DNA of 59,905 nt, filler included, from Piptocephalis cylindrospora (taxonomy: Eukaryota), in the NCBI GenBank assembly GCA_003614145.1. It is 4 parts of 4 records of this genome, joined end to end, with 100 filler letters (N's around TTAATTAATTAA, not from the genome) between each part and the next. Parts side by side here need not be neighbours in the genome. Positions count along the whole stretch, not along the records: positions 45,072 to 59,905 come from KZ987912.1; 3 more parts are not named here. One strand, given 5' to 3'. Under the pieces are notes generated by a model. The model did no database searches, had not been told where the DNA came from, and saw only the letters and a list, made by a program, of their open reading frames with translations. The position numbers and the translations under genes are program-made. Shown here piece by piece: positions 48,001 to 59,905 of the stretch (within the stretch, counting starts at the first letter, position 1; each line of letters starts with the position of its first letter).

Positions 48001-51000
48001 AGGTAAGAAGTAGGTGAAAGAGTAGTTAGAAAATTTGAGTACTAAGGCTAAGGCTAGCATCATCACCTGACGTACCTGATCGTCTCCGGAAAGAATTTCC
48101 CATGAATCTCGACGCAAGGGTCCTACCCAAGAGAGGCCCCAGGTCAAGAGGTCCACATGGAGGATTCGTACTCCTTCCACATGCCCCTCACCACCACTAG
48201 CATTTGCCATGACCCTAGTTGGGTTGATGAGATAAGGTATACCTCCTCCACTGCCATTGCCGCTTCGACTTGAACCTGAAGCGGCCCTGGCCTCACTAGC
48301 GTCACCGACGTACACAAGATGTCCTCCCTGTCCGCCCGATCCATCCCTTCCTCCGCCCCCCCTCTTCACCTCCCACACCGCTACCACCCCATCCACATAC
48401 CCTGCCATCACTAGCCAGTGACCACTGGCACCTTGGCCTGCCTGAATAGGACGGACACGAATGGAAGAGACCTCCACACTCCCGGTTCCACCGGATGCCT
48501 CCCTCCCAGAATCATCATCTACCGTCCCCGAACCCCTCCATTTGATCAAAGCCGGCCGGCCATCCCGGTAGAGGCAGACGCATACTTGATCCTTATCCAG
48601 GAGAATTACCCTTCCTTCCTGATCCCCAATTACCATGCCCCAGCCCAAGGAATCCTCCGAGCCAGTCAAGATCCTAATGCCCTTAGGGTCCAATCCCCAA
48701 TCCCTGAGGGTCCTATTCCACTCCATATCATCTTTGACTGTCATGCTCTGAAGATGATCCTCCTCCTCGGTCTTGATATCTCCTCCTGAAAGCACGCTCT
48801 CCAACTCCTCCATCCCAAGTAACTTGACTTGCCTCGTCCATACCTGATATTTGATCTTCTTCTCCGCATCTTCTAGCCAGGGGCTGACGTCGGGCCCGTC
48901 CGTTGGTCCAGAGAGATGACCCATCTCAGACACCTTCATGGCGGACATGATCTGGTCAGATTTGCCCAAGCTATCCATTTTTAGTCCGGACACCTTCGTG
49001 ACCCCATGAGTCTCCTCTTCCTCCTCGTCCGCATCAATTACTCTCTCATAATCAAACTCCACATCGGAATCCTCCACACCTTTCCTCAGGATGGAGACCA
49101 CCTCGGAGGAATCCTCCCTTTCCATCAACTCCAACGGCGATATAGCCCGACCAATTCTAGCCCTTCCAAGGGTTCCCTCATCTTCCCCCTCCTCTTCTTC
49201 CTCCTCCATAATCCCACCATTCTCCCTCAATCCTTTCTGATCCCCAGAGGTGGCGAGATCGTGCGATTGATACCCCAGAGTAGTTGATTCCTTCCGAGTC
49301 CCTTGTCCTTCCGAATCCATAGAGGCACGCCAGGCTGAAATGTCGAACGTATACGACTCCTGAGCCCCACTGTGCCCTCCCAGGGCCCATTCATCCTCTC
49401 CCTCCTCTCGGATATCCCCAAGGTGTGGTGGAACTCCCCCTTCCATATCCCCCCCTCCAGGTAGGCTTAGATTGCCGGGAATCACACCTTCATTCTCCAT
49501 GCCCGATCCGACTGGTCCCTCCAAGTAAAGATCAGAGAGCTGGGAGGAAGAGCCCCGGGAAGAGGGACGCCATCCGGGAAAAGGAGGGAAACTCCCCCCA
49601 CTACCACTTCCCCCAGCGCTTCCGGGCAAGGGTACACCACCAAACATACCCGATCCAGCGCCGTAGCCCCCAGGGGAGAAAAATCTCTCTTCCTGCGGAG
49701 TCATCAAGGGGGTGTCAAGGGGGAAGAGGCCTTGGCCACCCACAGCATCCATTTGGTTGGCCTCAATAAAGCTGGCCTTCCTCGTCCTTTGTCCATCAGG
49801 TCCGGCAACGTTGGGGCCATTGGACAGGGACATACGAATAGGATGGGAAGGAGAGAAGGTGTGAGAGTAGCCGGAGGAAGCAAAGGAGGCCTCCTCCGGG
49901 TATGATCCACCAGCGCTGGGGTAACTCTCCAAGGGGAACCCACCCCTGATAGGGCCCCCAGTACCCGAGTATCCCTCGAGATCAGTACCACTCATATTTT
50001 CGTATCCCCCTACAGGGACGTCATCCTCATCCTCCTCCTCCATCCTTTGAGGAGCGTCATCTTCCTCTTCTAGTAAGCCTTCTACCCTACTCTCTTCCTC
50101 AAGGATGGGGCCATTGGCTAATTCTCCGCCCTCCTGCATCATGGGAGAAATGCCTTCCCGTCGCCCACTAGGCCTACCCCCACCACCCCTACCCATGGAA
50201 GCAGGCAGGGTAAGAGGGAAGGGGATAGAAGGGTCATGTTGCATAGGAGGGTAGTGGTGGTGCGGATGGATCAAGTCGAGGGACAGACCGCCCATGCTAC
50301 CAAGGTCCTTGGGGGGGGATCGATCCGGAGGCATGGAGGAATGACGAGGGAAGAACTCATTTTCTTCTTCAACCTCCATTGAACCATGATCCCCGGAAAG
50401 CTTAGTCTCTTCCTCTTTGCCTTTCCTGAATCGATGATCCTCAGATAATGGAAATATGCCTTCTTCAATCTCGCCGGGAAGCAGGGGAAAGGTAGAGACT
50501 GGAGATACGACCTTTTCCTCCTCCTCCCCATAAGTTCTCTTTTCGCTCCAAACATGAGCACCAGATTGCAAGATGCTCTCCTGTCGAAGATGTCTAGTAC
50601 CCAGAAGAGCCGGCGTATTGTTAGGATCTTCCTCATCATCATCCACCGCATTCCTGCCCTGTTCATCCCCCCATGGATTAAGCTCTTCTCCACCCTCCAT
50701 ACCCCTCCTTTGGGGAGCCTTAGTGAGGTGGGAAAGGTCAAAGCTCGTCTCAATGGGTGAGATCTCCCTATCTTCAACCCCAGCTCCAAATATCACTTGG
50801 GGAGGTGACGGGGTGGCCTTGAGGGACAATGATGGAGAAGTTGAGGAACCAGTAGCCTCCTCAGATTCCTATGAAGTAGGGAGGGGCGAAGGGAAAATAA
50901 AGAAATAAGCATAGGGAGCCCTCAGAAGTTGTAAATAAAACAGATCTCTTACCTTCCTAGTCCCTTCAATCAGCCCAAAGATCCCGCCAAGGGAAGAGGG

Positions 51001-54000
51001 CATAAGATGATCTCCTCCATCCTTCACTTCAGCCCTTTCATCCTCGTCCGTCTCGGTTTCCGTTTCACTCTCATCACTCTGACTCCCCTGATCACTTTGA
51101 GTCCCGTCAGGTCGGATTCCCAGAATGATGGAGGTGGAGGCGGATAGGTGAGGCACAGCCCGAGGCCCAAGGGTCATAGCCCGAGCTCCCATCCTTCCCT
51201 TATCCCCACTCCCCTTCCCTGCCTCCTCTTCCTCAATCCCCTTCATACCAGTACGTCCACTCTTCCTTTCTTTTCTTTCCAGCCTCCGAAGATATCTAGC
51301 CTGATCTTTCAAAAGTCTCCTCCTCACCAAGTCCCTGCTGGGGGCCCCAACCGAAGAAGAAGGAAGGGTGTTTAGGGAGGTAGGGCTAAGGCCCGGTGTT
51401 GGGGAAGTAGGAGTGGAGTGGGACCCAGAAGGGCCCGAAGTTAGCTTATCCTTCTTGGCCCGTTCCCAAGCATCCATATCATAATCCAGCTTGAGAATCT
51501 CCTCCTTTTCAATGTCAATGTCCGTCTCAAGAATCTGATCCTCCAGCATGGACGCGCCCTCGACGAGCTCACCCTGATCCCGGGGCGTGGTGGAGGGGGA
51601 AAGGGGAGGTGGAAGAGAGATCCTGGGAGAGACGTCCAAAGAAACGGCAGAAATATTCGAAGAGGTAGGGTCCACCTCTTGGGTAGGTATTATTGGAGAG
51701 GATGATTCTGTCTCACGGGTAGGAGCATCCGAGGATGCAGGATCAGTTTCTCGGTTCATTGAATTTGATGGAGTGGAATCAGCTTCCATGGCTGAGAGAC
51801 TAAGCGAAACCTCTGCAGTGGGAACGGAAAGTTCATCTGACTGAGCGGGAAGTTCATCCGACGGATCAAGGGCCCTTTCCAATTGGACGGATACATCATC
51901 TGTCACTGCCTCATTTCCTTCCATGGTAGCGTCAGTCTCCATAGGCTCGTCCATCTCCATGGGAACCTCCGCCTCTCTCGAAGTCACAATATCCATGGAT
52001 TTGTCAAATGATAGGTCACGAATGGGATGATCCTCCTCCGGTTGCATCACCTGATCCTCCATCACGGCTTGCTTCACCTCTTCTGGCACCCTATGCTCCT
52101 TAACTTCATCTATCGCAGCCTCATTTATCTCATCAGGAACTTCATGATCACCCATACCCTCCTCCCTCTCATCGGGAACTTCAGGAACATCTGTATCCTC
52201 CGCCATTTTTGTATCCCCGGTCTCCTCAAAGTCACTCATGTCGGCCTGGCCATCCATCTTGTCGTCCACCTCATGCTCATTCTCCATGGCATGATCTTCC
52301 TCTTCCTCCTGAAGTTCTACCCGAGCCTCACCTTCCTCCATTTCATCCTTCTTTGCTCCATCAGGAACTTCAAGTACAATGGAATTGGCCAGCTCCTCAA
52401 ATCCCTCTCGTTCGCCATCCTCAATCTCACTACCCGAACCTTCCTCCTTATTGTCCTCATTCTTGGGATGTTCATCAGATACAACACCTCCAGGGGCAAC
52501 GTAGAAAGGATCCATGGAGGCGAGGGCGGAGGAGTTATCAATAAAATTCTTACTGGACATGGGAAACGCTGGGGTAGGAGGATGGGAAGTGGGATCCTCC
52601 TTGGAATGAGGATGGGTATGAGGGTAATAGGAGGAGGGGGAGAATTGACCCTGACCGGACAGGGTCCCTTCCCTTGACATGGAGGAATGAACACCGAACT
52701 AGGGGATGAGAGGGAGAGGGAATGAGCGAAAGAGATTAGGGATGATTCATGAATCCATGCCTCCCTCTCCGTCAAAGTCCATAGTCAAAGTAACTTACTT
52801 CACTTAATAGGGTGGAGCCAGAGTGAACCCGTTCAACCCCATCCTCTCTCTCACGATCACCGGGAATACTGACCCCAAGATAATCATGGCTCCCACCCGA
52901 TTCTATGACTTGACCCAGGGAGGTAGGGGGGCTGATCACCTCCCTTAGGCCGCTTACCCACTCTGATTCTCCTTTCTCCCCAGAATCCAGCTGTCTTCCC
53001 TCGCTTCCATTAAGAGTGGTGGGGCTAAAGCTATCCAGTTGTGCCAAGGCGGATTCGGTATCTACAAAGGATGTCTGGCTCTAGGGAAAGGGGGAGGAAT
53101 AAGCAAGGATGACATAAGACGAATGGTCTGGGACGGCTCGAGGCCAATATCCACTGATAGAATGACTTACTCGATGCTTTCGCTTACTAGGAGGACTGAC
53201 AAAGACATCTTTATCACCGGTCCTCTCATCACCAGACATGGATCCATCCTCCTCCCCAACCTCGGAGACGGGACCAGAAGCGATGGCCTCGACGGTGGCA
53301 AGATGAAGGGAAAGGGATTGGGCTCGTCGTCGCTTTTTTTCTCTTAGTTTTCGTTCATACTTCACTTCCATGGACAAATCCTCTTGGCCGTCCTTTGGAC
53401 TGATGGGAGAGGTAAATTCTGAATCAAGGGGAGAAAAGGAGGATGAAACCTCTTCCACTTCCTCGGGTTTCTTCATTCCATTCTCTTCCACTTGACCCAT
53501 GGCGTAAAGTCGCTCCTAGAAGGAAAGAAGAGTGAATAATTAGGATGAAAGGATGGATATGATTAACGAAAAGGCCATGAGGAGGATGAACCCTTACCAA
53601 ACGCCAAGACCGTACCAATGAAGCTTCCTGAGTAGTGGTAATGGAGGGGACTTGCTCGGTGGTATGATTCACGTCTTCCTGTTCAGCCTCCTTCATCCAT
53701 GCGGTATCGGGTGTGACTTGATATTCCTCTTCCTTGGAGTGACTGGTATCATCAAACCGAACCTTTCTATCCTCATCCTCCTCCTCACCTTTATGAGAAG
53801 AGGAATGGGAGGATGCATTATTATTCTGTTCGTCCTCTATCGTTCCATTAGCGTAATCTGGCATGAATGAGGAAAGGATGGCAGGTTGAGCGGTAGGTCA
53901 AAGTAAGCACACACCCTCCCAGAGTTTTCTTTCTTTCTTTCTTTCTTTCTTTCTCTCTCTCTCTCCTTACCTTGATCCTCCATCTCGCGCTCATCATACG

Positions 54001-54922
54001 CCCCATGACTCTCCAATCCATTCGAAGGATTCGCAATGGGAAAGGAAAAGTCCATGGGGAGCGGAGAGTAGGATTCGCCCCCTACCTCACTGTGCCCAGT
54101 ATCGTCCTGTCCCATCCCATTCCCCCCCTCCTCTTTGGTTTCAAAGGTGTCCCTATCGGAGCTACCTCGATCAGAATCACCTGGAGGTTGGACCATTTCC
54201 ATAGAGGAAAAGGGAGAGGTGTCGTCCTCGGGGGTAAAAGCCTCCATACCAGAAGGCTCCTTGGATCCATCATCCAAAAAAGAGACTTCCAGTGAGGAAA
54301 GACCTCCATGGTGACCCTCCTCCTCTTCATCCGAAGCTTGAGGAACGACGAGATCTGGAAAGGGGCCCAAGGCTTCCTGGGAAGGATGATCTTCATATGG
54401 AGGATGATCAGCGTGATGCTCAGTTGGGATAAAAGAGGTCTCTGGAGGAGGCGATCTCTCATTTAGATTGGATATCTCCTCAGAAGGAAGAGGAGGGGGA
54501 AGAGAAGTACCTTCCGGGATGGACTCATCCCCTAAATCCGGAAAGGGCTCATTGGACGGGGAGTTGGTCTCGGAGTCCGGAAAACCGACCGAGGATGGGC
54601 CCTCCTCGAAGGGAGAGGAGGCCTCATGATCAGGTGGGGAGGCAGCTTTGGAAGGATGAGCATGAATTTCCTTTTCCATACTCGGGAACACGGGTTGAAC
54701 CGTCAGAAGAGGTGGAGAGGGTTTCGGAGAAGGGGTGTAGTAATCGTCCTCGGGGTAAGGGGGCCAGAAGGAAGAGGAAAGGTCCTGTCGTTCAGGATCA
54801 GAGGGCCTAGAGTCCTCTGGAGAAGATGTGTTGTGTAGGGGGGAGGAGGGGCGAGAGGGGTGAAAGAGGTTAGGCTCGTGTAACAAGTCCAAGCGATCTC
54901 CAAGCGGGGGAGAATCTGGCAT
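45072..54922 (-). CDS. VPS8: CORVET subunit Vps8-like protein with very long acidic N-terminal extension, 3'-truncated by contig end
   Basis: Phase-consistent exons: 54922-53970, 53857-~53600, 53515-53171, 53080-52799, 52698-50953, 50868-48076, 47977-47790, 47710->45072. Vps8-like segments AGYVDGVVAVWE, LVAILTPYKMIVV, LAYAWG, SWEDRL, FLEALIPYIL and VPPPILASLL. Linkage of the distal exons is less certain than the core. Confidence 0.75.
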
Positions 54923-56077
54923 CCACGCTGTCCGTGTGCAGGATAAGGGGCTAGTAGAGGAGAGGGAAGAGGGAAGGACTGATACGAATGAAAAGAAGAG
55001 CACCGATTGAGTAAGTAAAGGAGAGAAAAGAGGAGGAGGAGGAGCAGGTGGGAAGAGGAGGGGAAGGAAGAGAGGAGAGGAAAGGAAGATCCATCGAGGG
55101 TGGAGGTGAGGGCTGGGTGAACGTGATGGCCGACGAGCGGGGACACCGCCAGGTAGAGTGTGTGTGGGGGGAGGAGAGGGGGAAGGAGGGAGCGCGTGGG
55201 CAGAGGATGAGGCTAGTGTGGTGTGGTGTGGTGTGGGATGTGTCTTGGTAGGTGAGTCAGAAGCCCAGGGGAGAGGTTTAGCAGTAGTAAGGGTTTCTGG
55301 GGGAAGGTTGTGTAAAGGACAGAAAGTAGACTGTGTCGGAGAAGCGTGTGCTGGTGGTGACAGCCTCCTCTTTCTCCTCCTCCCCCCCTCTCCCTCTCCC
55401 GTACATGGATATGTGTGTGCCTGAGTGATGAGAACCTGGCGGTGATCAGTCCCCTCCCCCTCACTCTTTAAACGTGGGAGGGAAGAAGGAAGAGCAAAGG
55501 AGGGACCGTCATTGCAGCGGGGATACTTTGGGAGGACAAGCCAAAAATACTTGGGGTGGAATGAACGGGAGAGGAGGGTCATCCATCCCTTTAGCGACAG
55601 CGTGCTCCACAAAAAGGGCATTTGGATTTGATAAGAACTATAAGGCACAAGCATCCACAGTAGGAAGTGTTCCGTAAGAGGCTGAACTCGTATAATGGGG
55701 TCCACGGTCTATCCACATGTGACAGACTGGTCCAGCCCTCAAAAAGAAATAAGCATAATGTGCACTGGGGACCATGCCCCTAATAATATACCCCACACAT
55801 ACCGGCTTTTTAAATAGGCGTTGGGTTCAAGCGCCTAGAAGCCCGTCCCAATGGAGAATATGGAGTGCTTTGACCATCCTCCTCCTCATTACCACAGCCC
55901 GATCTCGCTAGTCATATACAGCAAGTAAATGTAGTAAGAATACTTGGAAAATCCAAGCTCAATGCATCACAATGACTTGGGGATAAACGTGTGGATAGAG
56001 ACATCCGATGGAACAATTCATGCTACAATTCATCAACACTACAAAGACTGAGCCCCTTCGCGAATCCCCATGGGCCA

Positions 56078-57760
56078 TTACCATCCTCCTCGATGCTGCA
56101 TAGGATCTTTTCCCCTAGGGGCATTCATCGGGGGAGAAGGGTCATCTTCCATGGCCCGCGACTCCCTCCTCCGTTCAATCCATCGTTTCATGCGGGTCGC
56201 CCCAGGAACCTCCTTGGAAAAGTCCAGTACACCCTCTCCGGCCATCGTACTCTGATCCTTGGGGGGAAAGGGAGGGGAAGGGGTAATGGAGGATTCGCTG
56301 AGGATAGAGGAAGCCCATCCCCCTGGGAGACGTACTTTTCTTCCACCTGGGGACCGCTCCTTTCGGATACTTCCTGCAGGATGAGTCTCTGTCTCTGTCA
56401 GATGGGTCTGTCCCTCCGTAAAATGACTATATCTCTCTACACGATGGCTGTTCATCCTTTTCCTGACGTATCCTTGATCTCTGGACATCATGGTAGTGAG
56501 GGGTGGATGGGAGAGGGTGGTCGATGCCGTCGGTGCGCGGTAGGTGGGAGATTTGAGGGTCCGAGGCAGATTCATGGCATCCCTGAGGTCGAGGTCCAAA
56601 CGCTGTTTCTCCTCCTCTTCTCTCCTCCCCTTCTCCATGGTCTTCTGTTTCATGGACCTCTCCTTGATGAATTTCTCCTTCATGTCCCTCTCCAGCTGAT
56701 CCGTACCGTTGTCGAGCTGATCGAGGAAATTGGGGAAAAAGTTGGGGTACGGAATGTTGGAGGGATGAGTAGGGGAGACGATCGGAGGGAGAAAGTCAAA
56801 TATGGACTCATCGGTGACCCTTTCGGATGAATCATCTTCCTCCTCTTTAGTCCTCCTCTGTTCCTCCCCTCTTCCCTCCTCCTTCTCTTCTTCCTCCTTG
56901 ACCTCAACCTCGGATTGCTTGGTCTGCAGCTCCGACTCTCCCACCCCTCTGGATGGACTTGTTGATCTTTGAACGGTCTCCTCTTCTAAATTGACTTCAA
57001 CATCCTTCTCATGCGCTTCACGTCCTGGTTCAATGGGCCGATCCTCCCCCTCAATCATCCTCTTCATCCCCTCAGTCATCCGACCTTCCTCTTCAACGGC
57101 CTGGCCTTTCCCGATGGTATCCATCAGCTGGTTATCCTCCCTATTCTCCCCTGATAACCCCCTCCCCATCAAGACACCATTTGTGATGGCGGGCCCTTCC
57201 TCCCGGTCCACCCTCTCCTCCCGGTTTATCTCGCCATCCCCTTCGAAAGCTCTCTTTTCCCCTAGAGACGTCTCTTGATCGTTTATACGTTGGTTTACAG
57301 GATACGGATGAGAGGGAGGATGAATGGGAGGTGGCGGTGGTGGTGATGGTGGTGGTGGTGGTGGTGGTGGAGAAGAGGGTTCGGGGAGGAAAGAATCGAG
57401 ATAAGCACAAAAATCACGATAATCATTCAAACATCTCCTTGCGGTATACACAATCCATTCCCGAAGAGAGGATAAAGGGCCGGATGGATTCTTCTCAACG
57501 CGATGAACCTTCTGGATGGAAGCGTGAAGCTGAAGAGCGGGACCCGCCCTTCGCTTCATCCCCCGCTTCGCCCGGATCCTCCTCCTTACAGAGTGTCTTG
57601 GAGGAGGCCTTTGCCTCGGACGCGTGGGGCTGACGGGGGATTGAGTAGAGGGAAGGGCGATGCGCTTAGAGTGAGCACTTTGAATGCTATTGACAACCTC
57701 CTCCCTAGGGATGACGATGGGCCTTTGGTGAGGACGAGTGGCCGACCTGGAGTGGACCAT
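56078..57760 (-). CDS. Hypothetical low-complexity protein (~560 aa; basic N-terminus, poly-Pro, Glu-rich middle)
   Basis: Long ORF with probable ATG at 57760 after a CT-rich leader. (GGT)n tract at ~57330-57370 encodes poly-Pro. No domain recognised. Confidence 0.6.
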   Translation of the reverse strand: MVHSRSATRPHQRPIVIPREEVVNSIQSAHSKRIALPSTQSPVSPTRPRQRPPPRHSVRRRIRAKRGMKRRAGPALQLHASIQKVHRVEKNPSGPLSSLREWIVYTARRCLNDYRDFCAYLDSFLPEPSSPPPPPPPPSPPPPPPIHPPSHPYPVNQRINDQETSLGEKRAFEGDGEINREERVDREEGPAITNGVLMGRGLSGENREDNQLMDTIGKGQAVEEEGRMTEGMKRMIEGEDRPIEPGREAHEKDVEVNLEEETVQRSTSPSRGVGESELQTKQSEVEVKEEEEKEEGRGEEQRRTKEEEDDSSERVTDESIFDFLPPIVSPTHPSNIPYPNFFPNFLDQLDNGTDQLERDMKEKFIKERSMKQKTMEKGRREEEEKQRLDLDLRDAMNLPRTLKSPTYRAPTASTTLSHPPLTTMMSRDQGYVRKRMNSHRVERYSHFTEGQTHLTETETHPAGSIRKERSPGGRKVRLPGGWASSILSESSITPSPPFPPKDQSTMAGEGVLDFSKEVPGATRMKRWIERRRESRAMEDDPSPPMNAPRGKDPMQHRGGW

Positions 57761-58450
57761 GGCCGAGGGGTAAATGGGGTGTTGTATTTGTGTAGATGGA
57801 TAGGGAGAAAGAGAGGGGAGAGGAGAAAAGAGGAGAGGAAAGGAAAGAAAGAGAAAGGAAAGAAAGGGAATGGTCGGAGAATGTGGACGACAAGGAGGTA
57901 CGAACGAGATCAACAAAGCTTGGTTTGACCACACACGTCAATCCCGCTGTAGCTTTTGGCTGCACCAAGTGTGGGATTCTCTTGATCCTGGGGATGGGCG
58001 GGCAAGGACATGTATTATTACCTTCCAAGTCACCATCGCGTTTTGGATCACACGATGCTGCTAGGAGGCAAAAAGTGCCCTAGAAGGGCATGGGCTAGGT
58101 GTTATTTAGAGAGAAAAGAGGAAATAGATGAAGAGGGGTATCCTGAGGAGAGATGCAGGATGTCACATGCACTTCATCACGTCTCATTCGAGATACGAGT
58201 GCCTTGAGCGTCTCTTGATCCACTAGCCATGTCAAAGCCATGAATCTACCCTGTAGTTATACAAAGGAAAGAACATGGACAACGAACGTTTCAAGGCACA
58301 GATTATGAATTAGAATGGACGTTTTATAGCAAATCACCTTTCTCTCTCTCTCTCATAGACCCTCACAGGATCAATAAATCCTAGTGGGATCAACGAGTCC
58401 CTCGTAGAATCGACAACATTCTCATCAATAGACCGAGTCCCCGCGTAAAA

Positions 58451-59905
58451 TCAAACCTTCTCTTGCACAACCCCGATAACTGCAGTGTCATTGGTCTTCT
58501 CGGTCGAAGAAAGAGGAGCAGGGGCCCTGCCTCCGGCCCGGGACCCAAACATGAGGTCGATTTCCTCCAAGGTCTTGCCCTTGGTCTCGGGGACGTAAAA
58601 GTAGACCCAGATAAGCATGATGAGGCCAAAGGCAGCGAAGATGATGTAGAGACCCCAATCGATGGCCTCCATGAGGACGGGTACGAGCTGGGAGACGGCA
58701 AAGTTGAAGAGCCAGTTGGAGGCGGTGGTGAGGGCAATGGCCTTTGAGCGGATGCGGAGGGGGTAGATCTCCGAGGGGTAGACCCAGCCGATGGGGCCCC
58801 AGGAGAAGGCGAAACCGGCGGTGAAGATGTACATCATGACGAGGCAGCCGTAGGGGGCGGCCGTGTTGGAGAATTCAGGGCCGTAGACGGCAATGAGGAC
58901 ACCGAGGATGACCATACCGACGGTCATAATGGCAGCTCCGGAAAGGAGGAGGGGACGACGCCCGGCACGATCGATAAAGTAGAGACCGGGGAAGGTAAAT
59001 ACAACGTTGACGATCCCGGAACCTGCGGTGGCGAGGAGGGCAGTACTTTGAGAGTCGAATCCGGCCTGGGCCAGGATGGAGGAGGCGTAGTACATGACGG
59101 CGTTGATACCGGTGAGCTGCTGGAAGATCTGGATGAGGACACCGATCAGGGTGCGACGCCACATGCCATTGACGAAGAGTTCGGACCACTTGCCCGAGCC
59201 AACCTCGCATTCAAAAGCAATGGACTCGCGGATCTCACTGACCTCGGCGGCCGTCTCGCCCGAGGCGATGGCACGTTCATTGCGAAGACGGTTGATGTTG
59301 GCCTCGGCGCGCTCCTCGAGGTTATTGTCCATGAGCCAGCGAGGGGACTCGGGGAGGAAGATCATGCCGATGGCCATGATCCCAGCAATGCCGACCTGAA
59401 TGCCAAAGGGGACGCGCCACGAGTTGTTCCCCGAGATGTTAAGGGTGCCGTAATCGATCCAAAAGGCAATGAGGATACCCAGGGTGATGGCCAGTTGCTG
59501 CATGGACACTAGGGTCCCTCGGATCTTGGCGGGAGCCACTTCGGAAAGGTAGAGGGGGACGCCCATGGAGAGGATGCCAACGGCGAACCCTGCGATGATT
59601 CGGGAGACAATGAGCTGGGGGATGCCGTGAGCCGAAGCCTGAAGTGCGCCTCCAATGACGAAGAGGGAGGCACCGCCGAGGACCGAGCGCTTCCGGCCGA
59701 ATTTCTCACAAAAGTATCCTGCGCCCAGGGACCCGAGAAAGCATCCGAGCTGGAGAGAGGAAACGATGAAGCCTTTCATGGCGGAATTTTTCCATTGAAA
59801 AGTCTGTTGGAAGGGGGTCATGGCCAAAACGCCGTTGATGACCCCAGAGTCGTATCCGAAGAGGACACCTCCGATGGCGGCGACGGCGACGGTGAGTATG
59901 AGGTA
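58451..59905 (-). CDS. MFS sugar porter (hexose transporter family), 5'-truncated by window end
   Basis: AAIGGVLFGYDSGVI, EKFGRK, YLSEVAPAKIRG, PESPRWL, QQLTGINAVMYY, DRAGRR, SEIYPLRIRS and PETKGKTLEE. Confidence 0.96.
   Translation of the reverse strand, partial: YLILTVAVAAIGGVLFGYDSGVINGVLAMTPFQQTFQWKNSAMKGFIVSSLQLGCFLGSLGAGYFCEKFGRKRSVLGGASLFVIGGALQASAHGIPQLIVSRIIAGFAVGILSMGVPLYLSEVAPAKIRGTLVSMQQLAITLGILIAFWIDYGTLNISGNNSWRVPFGIQVGIAGIMAIGMIFLPESPRWLMDNNLEERAEANINRLRNERAIASGETAAEVSEIRESIAFECEVGSGKWSELFVNGMWRRTLIGVLIQIFQQLTGINAVMYYASSILAQAGFDSQSTALLATAGSGIVNVVFTFPGLYFIDRAGRRPLLLSGAAIMTVGMVILGVLIAVYGPEFSNTAAPYGCLVMMYIFTAGFAFSWGPIGWVYPSEIYPLRIRSKAIALTTASNWLFNFAVSQLVPVLMEAIDWGLYIIFAAFGLIMLIWVYFYVPETKGKTLEEIDLMFGSRAGGRAPAPLSSTEKTNDTAVIGVVQEKV

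Noticed and set aside
54923..55705. Upstream part of ORF 53837-55705
   Set aside because: It translates CT-rich and microsatellite leader/promoter sequence from a GTG. The first plausible ATG giving acidic protein-like sequence is 54922.

Overview
Eukaryotic, intron-rich fungal DNA (short GT-AG introns, mostly 60-120 nt). An early-diverging lineage such as Zoopagomycota is my inference from gene content (ERH, LARP7, human-type DPM1) and is not verified. The window is not one locus: four unrelated ~14.9 kb contigs (1-14924, 15025-29948, 30049-44971, 45072-59905) are joined by artificial 100-nt N44-TTAATTAATTAA-N44 linkers. It holds about 24 protein genes, mostly housekeeping: SCP1/transgelin, sphingosine kinase, RSM10, an FHA-RING ligase, eIF5, NAS2, ERH, DPM1, OST2, OTU2, an EEP hydrolase, an ABC-F fragment, a METTL21-type methyltransferase, USO1, a PAQR/IZH receptor, MSL5/SF1, VPS8 and a sugar porter. 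The most notable items are: (i) an 8-exon LARP7/Pof8-like gene hidden from the ORF track, with a degenerate La motif; (ii) a poor-context uORF in the eIF5 leader; (iii) a tandem pair of diverged secreted orphan paralogues plus two other secreted orphans, one frameshifted in a C10 run; (iv) a ~210-bp fold-back MITE-like element with a solo arm on another contig; (v) a VPS8 model with a ~1,900-aa acidic N-terminal extension; (vi) an FHA domain lacking its phospho-Thr-binding residues. No tRNA, rRNA or CRISPR array was recognised. All gene models were spliced by eye.
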